A stretch of DNA of 64,000 nt from Patescibacteria group bacterium (GTDB lineage Bacteria; Patescibacteriota; Patescibacteriia; JACRDY01): NCBI GenBank assembly GCA_041671565.1, contig JBAZBH010000005.1, forward strand, positions 3,083 to 67,082. Direction: 5' to 3'. A model generated the notes under the pieces. That model had not been told where the DNA came from and made no database searches. It was given only the letters and a program-made list of their open reading frames with translations. Shown in pieces: positions 1 to 8,595 of the stretch (its first letter is position 1; every line of letters starts with the position of its first letter). Position numbers and translations under genes: made by a program.

Positions 1-1413
1 ATTTTTCCCGAAGCCGATATTATATCGTATTCAGACAATCTTGTCGGCTCGGCGCCCCTTTACTCTATTTTTAGAATTATTGGCGGCGACCGAGAAACTT
101 CTTTTCAATGGTGGTTTGTTTTAATGGCAATTTTATCCTACTCAACTTGCTATTTATTTTTAAAAAATGTTTTCAAAAATAAATATGCCGCCGTACTGGG
201 AGCAATAGTTTTTGCCTTTTCCATGGCCTTGCAGTCTAAAATGGTACATGCCCAAAATTTCCCCCGATTTCCCATTCCGCTCGCTTTTTGGGCCGCTTAT
301 TTATTCATTGACGATTTTAAACCAAAATATTTTTTTGTCGCGCTCTTGATGGTTGTTTATCAGTTATACTGCGGCATTTATCTTGGCTTAATGTTAATGG
401 CTTCAATCGGCATAATGCTAATATTGATTATTTTATTTAACCGGCAGGTTTTGATGGAAAAATTAAAAGATACAAAATGGCTAATGTTTATTGGGGCGTC
501 AGTTTTGGTTAATATCCTGGCCATTCTCCCTTTAATGTTGCCTTATCTTAAAAGAGCGAAAGAAGTCGGGGAATATAGCTATGAAGGCATATTATCAACC
601 GTGCCAACACTGAAATCATTTTTCTTTAGTTCCGATGGAAGTATTTTTTGGAATTTTTTAAACCAAACCGGCATTAATTTGCCCGCTTGGTGGGATCATC
701 AAATTTTTGCCGGTGGCATTGCCACTCTAAGTATTTTACTTTTATTTTTTGTTACCATTAGTAAAATAATCAACCAAAATACTTTTAGTAAAATCAAACT
801 TGATAAAAAATTATTAATTTTAGCGCTTAGCGGATTAGTTACTTTTATTTTTTTTATCCGCTTTGGCGATTTTTCTTTTTACGGCGTCGTTTTTGCTTTT
901 CCGGGATTTAACGCCTTGCGTTCATTAACCAGAATTATAAATATAGAATTAATTTTTTATTCAATCGCTGTCGCTTATTTATTTAGCCTTATATTTAAAA
1001 AACAGAATTTAATCGCCGCGGTCGGTTTTATTTTATTAGCCGGCGCGCTGATCGCGGATAACTATTTCTGGACATCACCATACCAAAACGAAGTCTGGAT
1101 ACCGTATCGCATGGAAAAACAAATTTCTCAAACTCGGGTTAATAATTTGATTGCGAAGATGCAAGATATTCCGCCTAATTCAGTGGTCTCCTATGAACCA
1201 AATATCACAGCCTATGATCCCAATAAGCAAATAGAATATCAAGTTGACGCGATGCTCGCTTGCCAAACGCTTAATCTGAAATGTGTGAATGGCTATACTC
1301 TAACTGCGCCTCAGGGCTACGCGGATTATTGGGTTGAGATGAGCGCCGAATCGAGAAAGTCGTGGCTGAAATATAAAAATTTTAATTCAGATAATGTGTA
1401 TATTGTGCATTAA
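1..1413 (+). CDS. Polytopic membrane protein, GT-C/YfhO-like glycosyltransferase (5' truncated by window)
   Basis: Frame is open from base 1 (IFPEADIISYSDNLVG...); many TM segments; next to a sugar-pathway oxidoreductase. Confidence 0.55.
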   Translation: MFPEADIISYSDNLVGSAPLYSIFRIIGGDRETSFQWWFVLMAILSYSTCYLFLKNVFKNKYAAVLGAIVFAFSMALQSKMVHAQNFPRFPIPLAFWAAYLFIDDFKPKYFFVALLMVVYQLYCGIYLGLMLMASIGIMLILIILFNRQVLMEKLKDTKWLMFIGASVLVNILAILPLMLPYLKRAKEVGEYSYEGILSTVPTLKSFFFSSDGSIFWNFLNQTGINLPAWWDHQIFAGGIATLSILLLFFVTISKIINQNTFSKIKLDKKLLILALSGLVTFIFFIRFGDFSFYGVVFAFPGFNALRSLTRIINIELIFYSIAVAYLFSLIFKKQNLIAAVGFILLAGALIADNYFWTSPYQNEVWIPYRMEKQISQTRVNNLIAKMQDIPPNSVVSYEPNITAYDPNKQIEYQVDAMLACQTLNLKCVNGYTLTAPQGYADYWVEMSAESRKSWLKYKNFNSDNVYIVH

Positions 1414-1462
1414 CAAAGTAAAATAACCTTTTTTATTTACCGTCCCAACTAATCTAACCTTT

Positions 1463-2986
1463 ATGAAAATCGTGGTGATTATCGGCGCTGGCCCGGCCGG
1501 CTTGGGTGCGGCTTATGAGCTAGTCCAAAAATCTGATATTCGGCCGATTATTATTGAGAGTGATAGTCAAGTGGGCGGCATATCAAAAACCGTAGCCTAT
1601 AACGGCAACCGGATTGATATTGGCGGTCATCGTTTTTTTTCAAAATCAAAAAGAATCACGGATTTTTGGCAAGAAATTTTACCGCTGGAGCGGCGGGCCG
1701 ATAATGCCGGGCCTGATCCGGAAAAGGTTGATAAAGTTATGTTATTAAGGCGGCGATTGTCTCGCATTTTTTTCTTGCGAAAATTTTTTAGCTATCCCGT
1801 TGATTTAAGTTTTAATACTTTAAAGAATCTAGGAATAGTCAGAACTGCCAGAATTATTTTTAGTTATTTGCAAATTAGACTATGGCCGATAAAGAATGAA
1901 AAATCTTTGGCCGATTTTTTTAGCAATCGTTTTGGCCGAGAATTATACTTAACTTTTTTTAAAGATTATACGGAAAAACTTTGGGGCGTGTCTTGCTCGG
2001 AAATAAAACCGGAGTGGGGCGCGCAGCGGATCAAAGGGCTTTCAATCACCGAGGCGATGCGGCATATTTTTAAGAACGGATTAATTTTTAAGTTTTTGTT
2101 TAAACAAAATAAAACCGAGACCAGCTTAATTGATAGTTTTTGGTACCCAAAACTTGGGCCGGGACAAATGTATGAAACCGTGGCGGAAATTATTAAGAAT
2201 AAAGGCGGAGAAATTAATTTGAATCAGCAAGTAGTGGGCCTAGAAAGAAGCGGGCAGGCGATTACCGGAGTGAAAATAAAAAATTTATTAACCGGCGAGG
2301 TGTTTTTTAGACCGGTGGATTATGTTATTTCCAGTATGCCGATTCAAGACTTGATTGTAAATTTAACTCCGGCGGCCCCAGACAATATATTAGCCGTTGC
2401 TCGAGGGTTGTGTTACCGCGATTTTATTACTGTTGGCTTACTGTTGAACAAACTAAAAATTAAAAATGAAACCAAAATTAAAACATTTAATAACCTTATT
2501 CCTGATAATTGGATTTATATTCAAGAAAAAGAGGTTAAAGTCGGGCGATTGCAAATCTTTAATAATTGGAGCCCCTATTTAGTAAAAAACAAAAATAATG
2601 TGTGGCTTGGCATGGAGTATTTCGGAAATTTTAATGATGATTTATTCAGTAAAAATGATGAAGAGTTTAAAAAATTTGCTATTGACGAGTTAGCCAAGAT
2701 TGATATTATTAATCAGGAAGATGTTTTGGATAGTTGTATTATTAGGACGGCCAAAGCCTATCCAGCTTACTTTGGCGCCTACGATCGGTTTAATGAAATC
2801 AAAGATTTTGTTAACAATTTTAAAAATTTATTTCTAATCGGCCGGAACGGCATGCATCGTTATAATAATATGGATCACTCAATTTTGTCCGGCTTTACCG
2901 CGGCGGATAATATTATTAATGATATTAGCGATAAAAACAATTTGTGGAATATAAATACTGAAGAGGAATACCATGAAAGCGAATAG
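1463..2986 (+). CDS. FAD-dependent oxidoreductase (HemY/UDP-galactopyranose mutase-like)
   Basis: GAGPAG Rossmann motif, [10 protein letters not shown]-terminal [14 protein letters not shown]. Confidence 0.8.
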   Translation: MKIVVIIGAGPAGLGAAYELVQKSDIRPIIIESDSQVGGISKTVAYNGNRIDIGGHRFFSKSKRITDFWQEILPLERRADNAGPDPEKVDKVMLLRRRLSRIFFLRKFFSYPVDLSFNTLKNLGIVRTARIIFSYLQIRLWPIKNEKSLADFFSNRFGRELYLTFFKDYTEKLWGVSCSEIKPEWGAQRIKGLSITEAMRHIFKNGLIFKFLFKQNKTETSLIDSFWYPKLGPGQMYETVAEIIKNKGGEINLNQQVVGLERSGQAITGVKIKNLLTGEVFFRPVDYVISSMPIQDLIVNLTPAAPDNILAVARGLCYRDFITVGLLLNKLKIKNETKIKTFNNLIPDNWIYIQEKEVKVGRLQIFNNWSPYLVKNKNNVWLGMEYFGNFNDDLFSKNDEEFKKFAIDELAKIDIINQEDVLDSCIIRTAKAYPAYFGAYDRFNEIKDFVNNFKNLFLIGRNGMHRYNNMDHSILSGFTAADNIINDISDKNNLWNINTEEEYHESE

Positions 2987-2996
2987 TTTGCGCTAG

Positions 2997-3059
2997 CTGA
3001 TACCCGACCGGCCGGAGAAGGTTTATTGTGAAGACTGCTACCGTAAAGAAATCTATTAA
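2997..3059 (+). pseudogene. Orphan 3' gene fragment LIPDRPEKVYCEDCYRKEIY* of a Cys-rich/zinc-ribbon protein
   Basis: Manual translation; in-frame TAG at 2994 and no start codon; matches the P..VYC..C tail of ORF 62783-63040. Confidence 0.65.
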
Positions 3060-3144
3060 AATCACATAACACATAACATGGAACAAGCCCTGGATAGCAG
3101 TTTTGTTATGTGTTCCATGTTATGTGATTTTCATGTCATGTTAT
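3058..3144. repeat. Heptamer (CATAACA) inverted-arm hairpin element
   Basis: AAAATCACATAACACATAACATGGAACA ... TGTTCCATGTTATGTGATTTT; sibling at ~35897-35968. Confidence 0.85.
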
Positions 3145-3192
3145 TTCCGTGTTATACTGAATTTACTTGTTAATAATTAATATATTGTCTTT

Positions 3193-3423
3193 ATGAAAGA
3201 CCTCTACCACGGCCTTAATGGCGCCGTCCGCGAGTTGGTTTGGTTTCTGCTCCTGCAGAGTTTATTTCTCTTTGTCTTCGCGGTTTTGGTTTTGTTTTAC
3301 CCTTATTTTTTGGTAATTCTGGTGGCTTTTCTTTTGATCTGTCTTTCGGTGCTTAGCTGCTACTTTGGCATTCGAGTCTATCTGGGTAAACGAAAGATAG
3401 AAAAAATTATTAAGAATTTCTAG
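3193..3423 (+). CDS. Small membrane protein
   Basis: 76 aa, two hydrophobic segments, basic tail. Confidence 0.6.
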   Translation: MKDLYHGLNGAVRELVWFLLLQSLFLFVFAVLVLFYPYFLVILVAFLLICLSVLSCYFGIRVYLGKRKIEKIIKNF

Positions 3424-3426
3424 CGC

Positions 3427-3485
3427 TTGACAACGGCTAAGGCATTTGGTAAACTTTAAACACCTACTAGATTAGTAGGTGTTTA
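3427..3485 (+). promoter_or_regulatory. Sigma70 promoter with a putative Rrf2/IscR operator
   Basis: TTGACA(3427)-17-TAAACT(3450); perfect 13-bp-arm palindrome TAAACACCTACTA-GAT-TAGTAGGTGTTTA at 3457-3485. Confidence 0.7.
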
Positions 3486-3489
3486 CTTT

Positions 3490-3885
3490 ATGAAATTTTC
3501 CACCAAAAGCAGTTACGGCCTGCGGGCGATGATTCAGCTGGCGCGGCACTACCGCGGCGGCAGTTTGTCGCTGGGTGAGATTTCCCGCCGGGAAAAGATT
3601 TCTCTTGGTTATCTGGAGAAAATTATGGCGAGCCTGAAAAGCGCCAAACTGGTTGACAGCGCGGCGGGGATTAAAGGCGGTTATATGCTGACCGAATCAC
3701 CCGCAAAAATTTCCATTAAAGAAATCTTTGAAGCGTTGGAAGGTAGCGTCACGCCTTTTGCCTGCGCCGAAGCGGAAAGCTTTTGTACGGCCAAAGATTG
3801 TGGCGCGCGGCTGGTCTGGCAAAAGCTTAACCAAGCGATCAAAAAAACTTTAAAGCAAATAACTTTAGCTGAAATTATTAAATAA
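3490..3885 (+). CDS. Rrf2-family regulator, IscR-like
   Basis: MKFSTKSSYGLRAM start, YLEKI, GIKGGYML, three Cys (CAEAESFCTAKDC). Confidence 0.9.
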   Translation: MKFSTKSSYGLRAMIQLARHYRGGSLSLGEISRREKISLGYLEKIMASLKSAKLVDSAAGIKGGYMLTESPAKISIKEIFEALEGSVTPFACAEAESFCTAKDCGARLVWQKLNQAIKKTLKQITLAEIIK

Positions 3886-3893
3886 TATTATAT

Positions 3894-4292
3894 ATGTTAT
3901 ACAACAAAACCATCATGGACCACTTTTTGCACCCGCGGAATATGGGCGTGATCAAAAAGCCCGACGGGTTGGGCGAAGCCGGCAATCCGGTTTGCGGCGA
4001 TATCATGAAGCTGTATTTGAAAATCAAAAAACAGGGGAAAAAAGAAATTATTGCGGAGGTGAAGTTTGAAACTCTCGGTTGCGCGACAGCGATTGCCAAC
4101 TCTTCGGTCTTAACCGAGATGATTAAGGGTCGGGAAATTAAAGACGCGCTAGCAATCAGCTGTCAGGATATTATCAAAAAACTCGGCGGCGATGTGCCGA
4201 AGATCAAGATTCACTGTTCGTTTCTGGCGCAAGAGGCGTTGAAGAAGGCGGTGGAGAACTATCATAAAAACACAAGAACATTAAAACATTAA
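3894..4292 (+). CDS. iscU: Fe-S cluster scaffold IscU/NifU-N
   Basis: DHFLHPRNMG, GNPVCGD, GCATAIA, KIHCS. Confidence 0.9.
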   Translation: MLYNKTIMDHFLHPRNMGVIKKPDGLGEAGNPVCGDIMKLYLKIKKQGKKEIIAEVKFETLGCATAIANSSVLTEMIKGREIKDALAISCQDIIKKLGGDVPKIKIHCSFLAQEALKKAVENYHKNTRTLKH

Positions 4293-4308
4293 AACAAAAG
4301 AACAAGCT

Positions 4309-5247
4309 ATGATAAAAAGAAGCATACCAAAAACTAAATTGTCAAAAGGTGATTTTATTAAAATACTCTCATGCTATAATTTGGGAGAATTTAAGAGCGC
4401 CAAATATTTTACTCATGGATGGGTCAATACCACGGTTTTATTAGAAACAACTAAAGGCAAGTTTGTTTTAAGATATTATGAGAATCGGTCGGCCAGGCAT
4501 GTTTTATATGAAGTAAATATTTTGAATTATTTAAAAAAGAAAAATTTCCCCGTGGCGGTTCCATTACAAAATTCAGCTGGCAAATTTATCGGCCAGTACA
4601 AATCAAAACCATATATTATTATTGAGTATATTGATGCCAAGTCAATCAAAAATCCAAATAATATTTCTAGCCGCGAAGAATTATCCGAGGTGATTAAAGT
4701 TGTGGCGAAACTGCATAATATTACAAAAAAGTATAAACCAAATTATGCCAGTTATCATCAGAAGCAAGATATTAAGCATTGTTTGGAAGAATATAAAAAA
4801 CATCCTAGAAAGTTACAAAAGAAAGTAAGAGAAGGTTGGTTTAAAAATGAATTGGCTAAATTAGAGTTGCCAGCTGCTTTACCTAAAGGTGTCTGTCATG
4901 CTGACTTAAACAACACAAATTTTCTTTTTAAAAATAGACAAGTAGTCGTTTTATTGGATTTTGATGTTAGTTTTTATACTTACTTAATTTTTGATGTCGC
5001 TAATCTGATATACTGGTGGGCTTGGTCTCCCAAGAAAGGATTTGATATGGATCTAGTTAATTATATCGTGAAGCAGTATTCAAAACATAGAAAATTAAAT
5101 AACCTTGAGCAGAATCATATTTACGATGCCTTAAAGTTGATAATTCTTTTGGGCATTAGCTGGTCCGAAGACGGTGATTTTGAGCCGGAAAAGAAAAAAA
5201 TTGAGCAACTTAATTCATTAGGCAGAGAAGTATTTTCAAAAATATGA
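4309..5247 (+). CDS. APH/type II homoserine kinase-family phosphotransferase
   Basis: HADLNNTN and LDFD motifs; very AT-rich. Confidence 0.8.
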   Translation: MIKRSIPKTKLSKGDFIKILSCYNLGEFKSAKYFTHGWVNTTVLLETTKGKFVLRYYENRSARHVLYEVNILNYLKKKNFPVAVPLQNSAGKFIGQYKSKPYIIIEYIDAKSIKNPNNISSREELSEVIKVVAKLHNITKKYKPNYASYHQKQDIKHCLEEYKKHPRKLQKKVREGWFKNELAKLELPAALPKGVCHADLNNTNFLFKNRQVVVLLDFDVSFYTYLIFDVANLIYWWAWSPKKGFDMDLVNYIVKQYSKHRKLNNLEQNHIYDALKLIILLGISWSEDGDFEPEKKKIEQLNSLGREVFSKI

Positions 5248-5288
5248 AGATAAAAAATAAAAAAATCATTAAAACTAATCGAGCCAAA

Positions 5289-5519
5289 ATGATTGATAAA
5301 AAGTTGGTGCAAAAGGCGCTGGCTTTGATTCGGCCGAGCCTGCAAGCGCATGGCGGGAATGTTAAGTTGGTGGCAATTAACCAGAAGCAGGGATTAGTGA
5401 AAGTTAAACTGCAGGGTATGTGTGTCGGTTGCGCCATGGCGGAAATTACTTTACAACAGGGAATTGCCGAATTTTTGAAAAAAGAAGTGAAAGGAGTTAA
5501 GAAAGTGGAAGGCATTTAG
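5289..5519 (+). CDS. NifU-C/NfuA-like Fe-S carrier
   Basis: IRPSLQAHGGNV and GMCVGC; alternative start at 5244. Confidence 0.9.
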   Translation: MIDKKLVQKALALIRPSLQAHGGNVKLVAINQKQGLVKVKLQGMCVGCAMAEITLQQGIAEFLKKEVKGVKKVEGI

Positions 5520-5568
5520 AAATAATTAAAAATTAAAAATTAATAATTAAGAATTGAAAGACCGTGTT

Positions 5569-5594
5569 GTAGGGGCGGACCCATGTGTCCGCCT
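5569..5594 (+). repeat. GTAG-type REP-like palindrome, preceded by an AATTAA(A/G) heptamer run at 5521-5556
   Basis: GTAG-GGGCGGAC-CCATGT-GTCCGCCT. Confidence 0.7.
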
Positions 5595-5631
5595 GGAAAT
5601 AGTTAAAAGGCTAAAATAGAAAGTTAATAAT

Positions 5632-6810
5632 ATGGTTAGTAAAATATATTTTGATCATGCCGCGACCACGCCGGTCGATGGGGCGGTGTTAAAGGTGATG
5701 TTGCCGTACTTTGGCGACAAATTTGGCAATCCGTCTTCGCTCCATGGCTTTGGCCAAGAAGCGGCCGGCGGAACGGAAACGGCGCGAGAACAAGTGGCTC
5801 AGTTTCTCGGTTGCCAGCCGGCAGAAGTGATTTTTACTGCCGGCGCCAGCGAGGCGGACAATTTGGCGATTCAGGGAATAGTTCGGGGTAGTAAAGTTGA
5901 TTGCCCGCAGATTATTACTTCCACTATTGAACATCCGGCGATTTTGGAAGTCTGCCGAGCGCTCGCGAAAGAGGGGAAAGCGACGGTTGATTTCGTTAAA
6001 GTTAATCGTCTCGGTTTAGTTGAAGTAAAAGAAGTGGAAAAATTAATCACCGACAAAACGGTTTTAGTTTCTATTATGTACGCCAATAACGAGATTGGCA
6101 CGATTCAGCCGATCGCTGAAATTGGCAAATTAATTAAGCAATTAAATTTAAAACGGCAGAATAAGATTTATTTTCATACTGACGCGGTACAAGCGGTTAA
6201 TTATCTAAATTGCCGAGTTGATGAGCTTGGTGTAGATATGTTGTCCTTGTCTGGTCACAAGATTTATGGCCCCAAAGGTGTCGGGGTTTTATTTGTCCGG
6301 GCGAAAACGCTGATTAAACCGATCCAATTTGGCGGGCATCAAGAATATGGTTTGCGGCCGGGGACTGAGAATTCGGCGGCAATTGTCGGTTTGGGCAAGG
6401 CGATTGAACTGGTTAATAGCGCCAAGCGGTCAGCGGAGAATAAAAAAATTAAAAAAATGAGGGACGAACTACTCGCCGGCATTTTAAAAAATATTCCAGA
6501 CGCTAAACTGAACGGCGACCCGGTTAAACGGTTGCCGAATAACTTAAATATTAGTTTTAAAAATATTGAAGGTGAAAGCGCGATGCTGATGCTTGATCTA
6601 GCAGGTATCGCGGTTAGCACCGGCTCGGCCTGCGCTTCCGGCTCCTTAGAGCCGTCGCATGTTTTGCTCGCTTTGGGGCTGAAACATTTGGACGCGCATG
6701 GCAGTTTGCGGATTTCATTAGGTAAAGGCAATACGGCGACAGAAGTTAAAAAGCTAGTCGCCGTGTTGCCGGGGATTATAAAAAAACTTCGGCAGATAGC
6801 GCCTAAATGA
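5632..6810 (+). CDS. iscS: Cysteine desulfurase IscS/NifS
   Basis: YFDHAATTP, EHPA, SGHKIYGPKG, STGSACASG. Confidence 0.95.
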   Translation: MVSKIYFDHAATTPVDGAVLKVMLPYFGDKFGNPSSLHGFGQEAAGGTETAREQVAQFLGCQPAEVIFTAGASEADNLAIQGIVRGSKVDCPQIITSTIEHPAILEVCRALAKEGKATVDFVKVNRLGLVEVKEVEKLITDKTVLVSIMYANNEIGTIQPIAEIGKLIKQLNLKRQNKIYFHTDAVQAVNYLNCRVDELGVDMLSLSGHKIYGPKGVGVLFVRAKTLIKPIQFGGHQEYGLRPGTENSAAIVGLGKAIELVNSAKRSAENKKIKKMRDELLAGILKNIPDAKLNGDPVKRLPNNLNISFKNIEGESAMLMLDLAGIAVSTGSACASGSLEPSHVLLALGLKHLDAHGSLRISLGKGNTATEVKKLVAVLPGIIKKLRQIAPK

Positions 6811-6899
6811 GTCCGAAGTCCACAGTCCGGAGTCCCGAGGAAGCTCAGAGTTAATTAGCTCAAAGCTCGCTCCGGACTCTGGACTTCGGACTCAGGACT
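6809..6899. repeat. Heptamer (AGTCCnn) inverted-arm hairpin element
   Basis: GAGTCCGAAGTCCACAGTCCGGAG ... CTCCGGACTCTGGACTTCGGACTC; inverted sibling at 47899-48005. Confidence 0.85.
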
Positions 6900-6939
6900 A
6901 CTTCCAAAAAGGCAATGATTATGTTAGAATAATCTTCGT

Positions 6940-7332
6940 ATGGTATTAGCGAAATTAAATATTTGGGAGAGCGGCCTGCGCCGGCAATTGAAGTTGGTTT
7001 GGCTGCAAGATAAGATTATATTAGTCTTATTTTTTGTTAGTTTATTTTTAAACCTCGGGTTTTATTTGGCGATTTATTTTAGCATCCGGCCGACTGAGGC
7101 GTCGTTGGTGCTGCACTACTCGGTTTATTTCGGCATTGACTTGATCGGGCCGTGGTTCCAACTTTATTTAACGCCTTTGGTGGGCAGTTTTTTGGGGCTG
7201 ATAAACTTGGCGTTGGCTTTAATTTTTTATCAAAAAGAAAAAATCGCGGCTTATTTGCTGGCGGTGACGACTTTACTCCTGGAGATTTTTTTGTTGATTG
7301 GCGGCGGACTCTTAATTTTAGTTAATAGTTGA
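6940..7332 (+). CDS. Hypothetical membrane protein
   Basis: Three TM segments, LHYSVYFGID motif. Confidence 0.7.
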   Translation: MVLAKLNIWESGLRRQLKLVWLQDKIILVLFFVSLFLNLGFYLAIYFSIRPTEASLVLHYSVYFGIDLIGPWFQLYLTPLVGSFLGLINLALALIFYQKEKIAAYLLAVTTLLLEIFLLIGGGLLILVNS

Positions 7333-7508
7333 GAAGGCTGCCAAACTACTTTTGCTGAAATTTGTCCTTTTCGGCTAAGGCTTCGTCAAGGTAGCGGTAA
7401 AATGATTTTCATCGTAGCGCGGCTATGACTCAAATCATTTTACCATCCTTTCCTCGCCTTAACCAAAAAGTCCTAAATTTCAGCTAAAAGCAGTTTGGTA
7501 GCCATCTC
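7331..7508. mobile_element. MITE-like long hairpin (178 bp)
   Basis: Imperfect TIR GAGAAGGCTGCCAAACT/AGTTTGGTAGCCATCTC, self-complementary throughout; related to 32275-32449. Confidence 0.7.
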
Positions 7509-7516
7509 TTAAATTT

Positions 7517-8587
7517 ATGATTGGTTTTTTTGCCATCAAAATTGCCGTTTTGACGACACTGGGGTTCGCGGTGGCGCTCCTTTGGACGCCGCTCTTGACC
7601 CATTTTTTGTATAAATATAAATGTTGGAAAAAAACCGTCCGCACCACAGCGCCGGACGGCGCCGGCACGCCGATATTTAACCAACTGCACCAGCACAAGG
7701 AAACCAATGTGCCGCGGATGGGCGGGCTATTAATTTGGGTGACGACTTTATTTTTGGCTTTTATTTTTTTGATCTTTTGCCCGATTTTCAGCACTTGTTC
7801 TTGGCTCCAGAGCTTAAGCTTTCTCAACCGCGCCGAGACTTGGCTGCCGCTGTTCACTCTGGTCAGCGCTTCACTGATTGGCCTCCTTGATGACATTTTG
7901 GTGGTGCGGGGTTTTGGCGAGAAGGGCAAAGGCGGGGGAATCCGCTTTCGCCATCGTTTGCTGCTCGTTTCGTTGATCGGTTTAATCGGCGGTTGGTGGT
8001 TTTACTTCAAATTGGATTGGGACTCAATCCATATCTTGTTTGATGGCTCGCTGGCGCTCGGTTGGCTGTTTATCCCATTTTTTATTTTGGTGATGATCGC
8101 GATGTTCAGTACCAGCGTGACTGACGGACTGGACGGCCTGGCCGGCGGGTTGTTTATGATTATGTTCGTCGCTTATGGCGCGATTGCTTTTGCCGGCGGC
8201 AAGGTTGACTTGGCGGCTTTTTGCGGCGTGATTGCGGGCACCCTGGCGGCTTTTCTCTGGTTTAATATTCCGCCGGCCAGATTTTATATGACCGAAACAG
8301 GAATTTTGGGTCTCACCACCACTCTCGCGGTTGTGGCTTTTCTGACCAACGCGGTTTTACTTTTGCCAATTATCGCCTTCGTGCCGCTGGCCGAATCCGG
8401 CTCGGTGATTATTCAGCTCTTGTCCAAAAAATTTCGAGGCAAAAAAGTCTTCCTCTCTTCACCCTTGCACCATCACTTGGAGGCCAAGGGCTGGCCCGAA
8501 GCCAAAGTGGTGATGCGGTTTTGGCTGATTGGCGGGGTGACCGCTATTATTGGCGTGGCGCTGTTTCTTCTAGACAAGACTTTTTAG
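7517..8587 (+). CDS. mraY: Phospho-N-acetylmuramoyl-pentapeptide transferase
   Basis: PRMGG, LLDD, TDGLDGLA, PLHHHLE. Confidence 0.95.
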   Translation: MIGFFAIKIAVLTTLGFAVALLWTPLLTHFLYKYKCWKKTVRTTAPDGAGTPIFNQLHQHKETNVPRMGGLLIWVTTLFLAFIFLIFCPIFSTCSWLQSLSFLNRAETWLPLFTLVSASLIGLLDDILVVRGFGEKGKGGGIRFRHRLLLVSLIGLIGGWWFYFKLDWDSIHILFDGSLALGWLFIPFFILVMIAMFSTSVTDGLDGLAGGLFMIMFVAYGAIAFAGGKVDLAAFCGVIAGTLAAFLWFNIPPARFYMTETGILGLTTTLAVVAFLTNAVLLLPIIAFVPLAESGSVIIQLLSKKFRGKKVFLSSPLHHHLEAKGWPEAKVVMRFWLIGGVTAIIGVALFLLDKTF

Positions 8588-8595
8588 AATTATAT

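Noticed and set aside
8521-8595. TTG-initiated N-terminal extension of the RM enzyme
   Set aside because: Overlaps mraY; the ATG at 8596 fits better.
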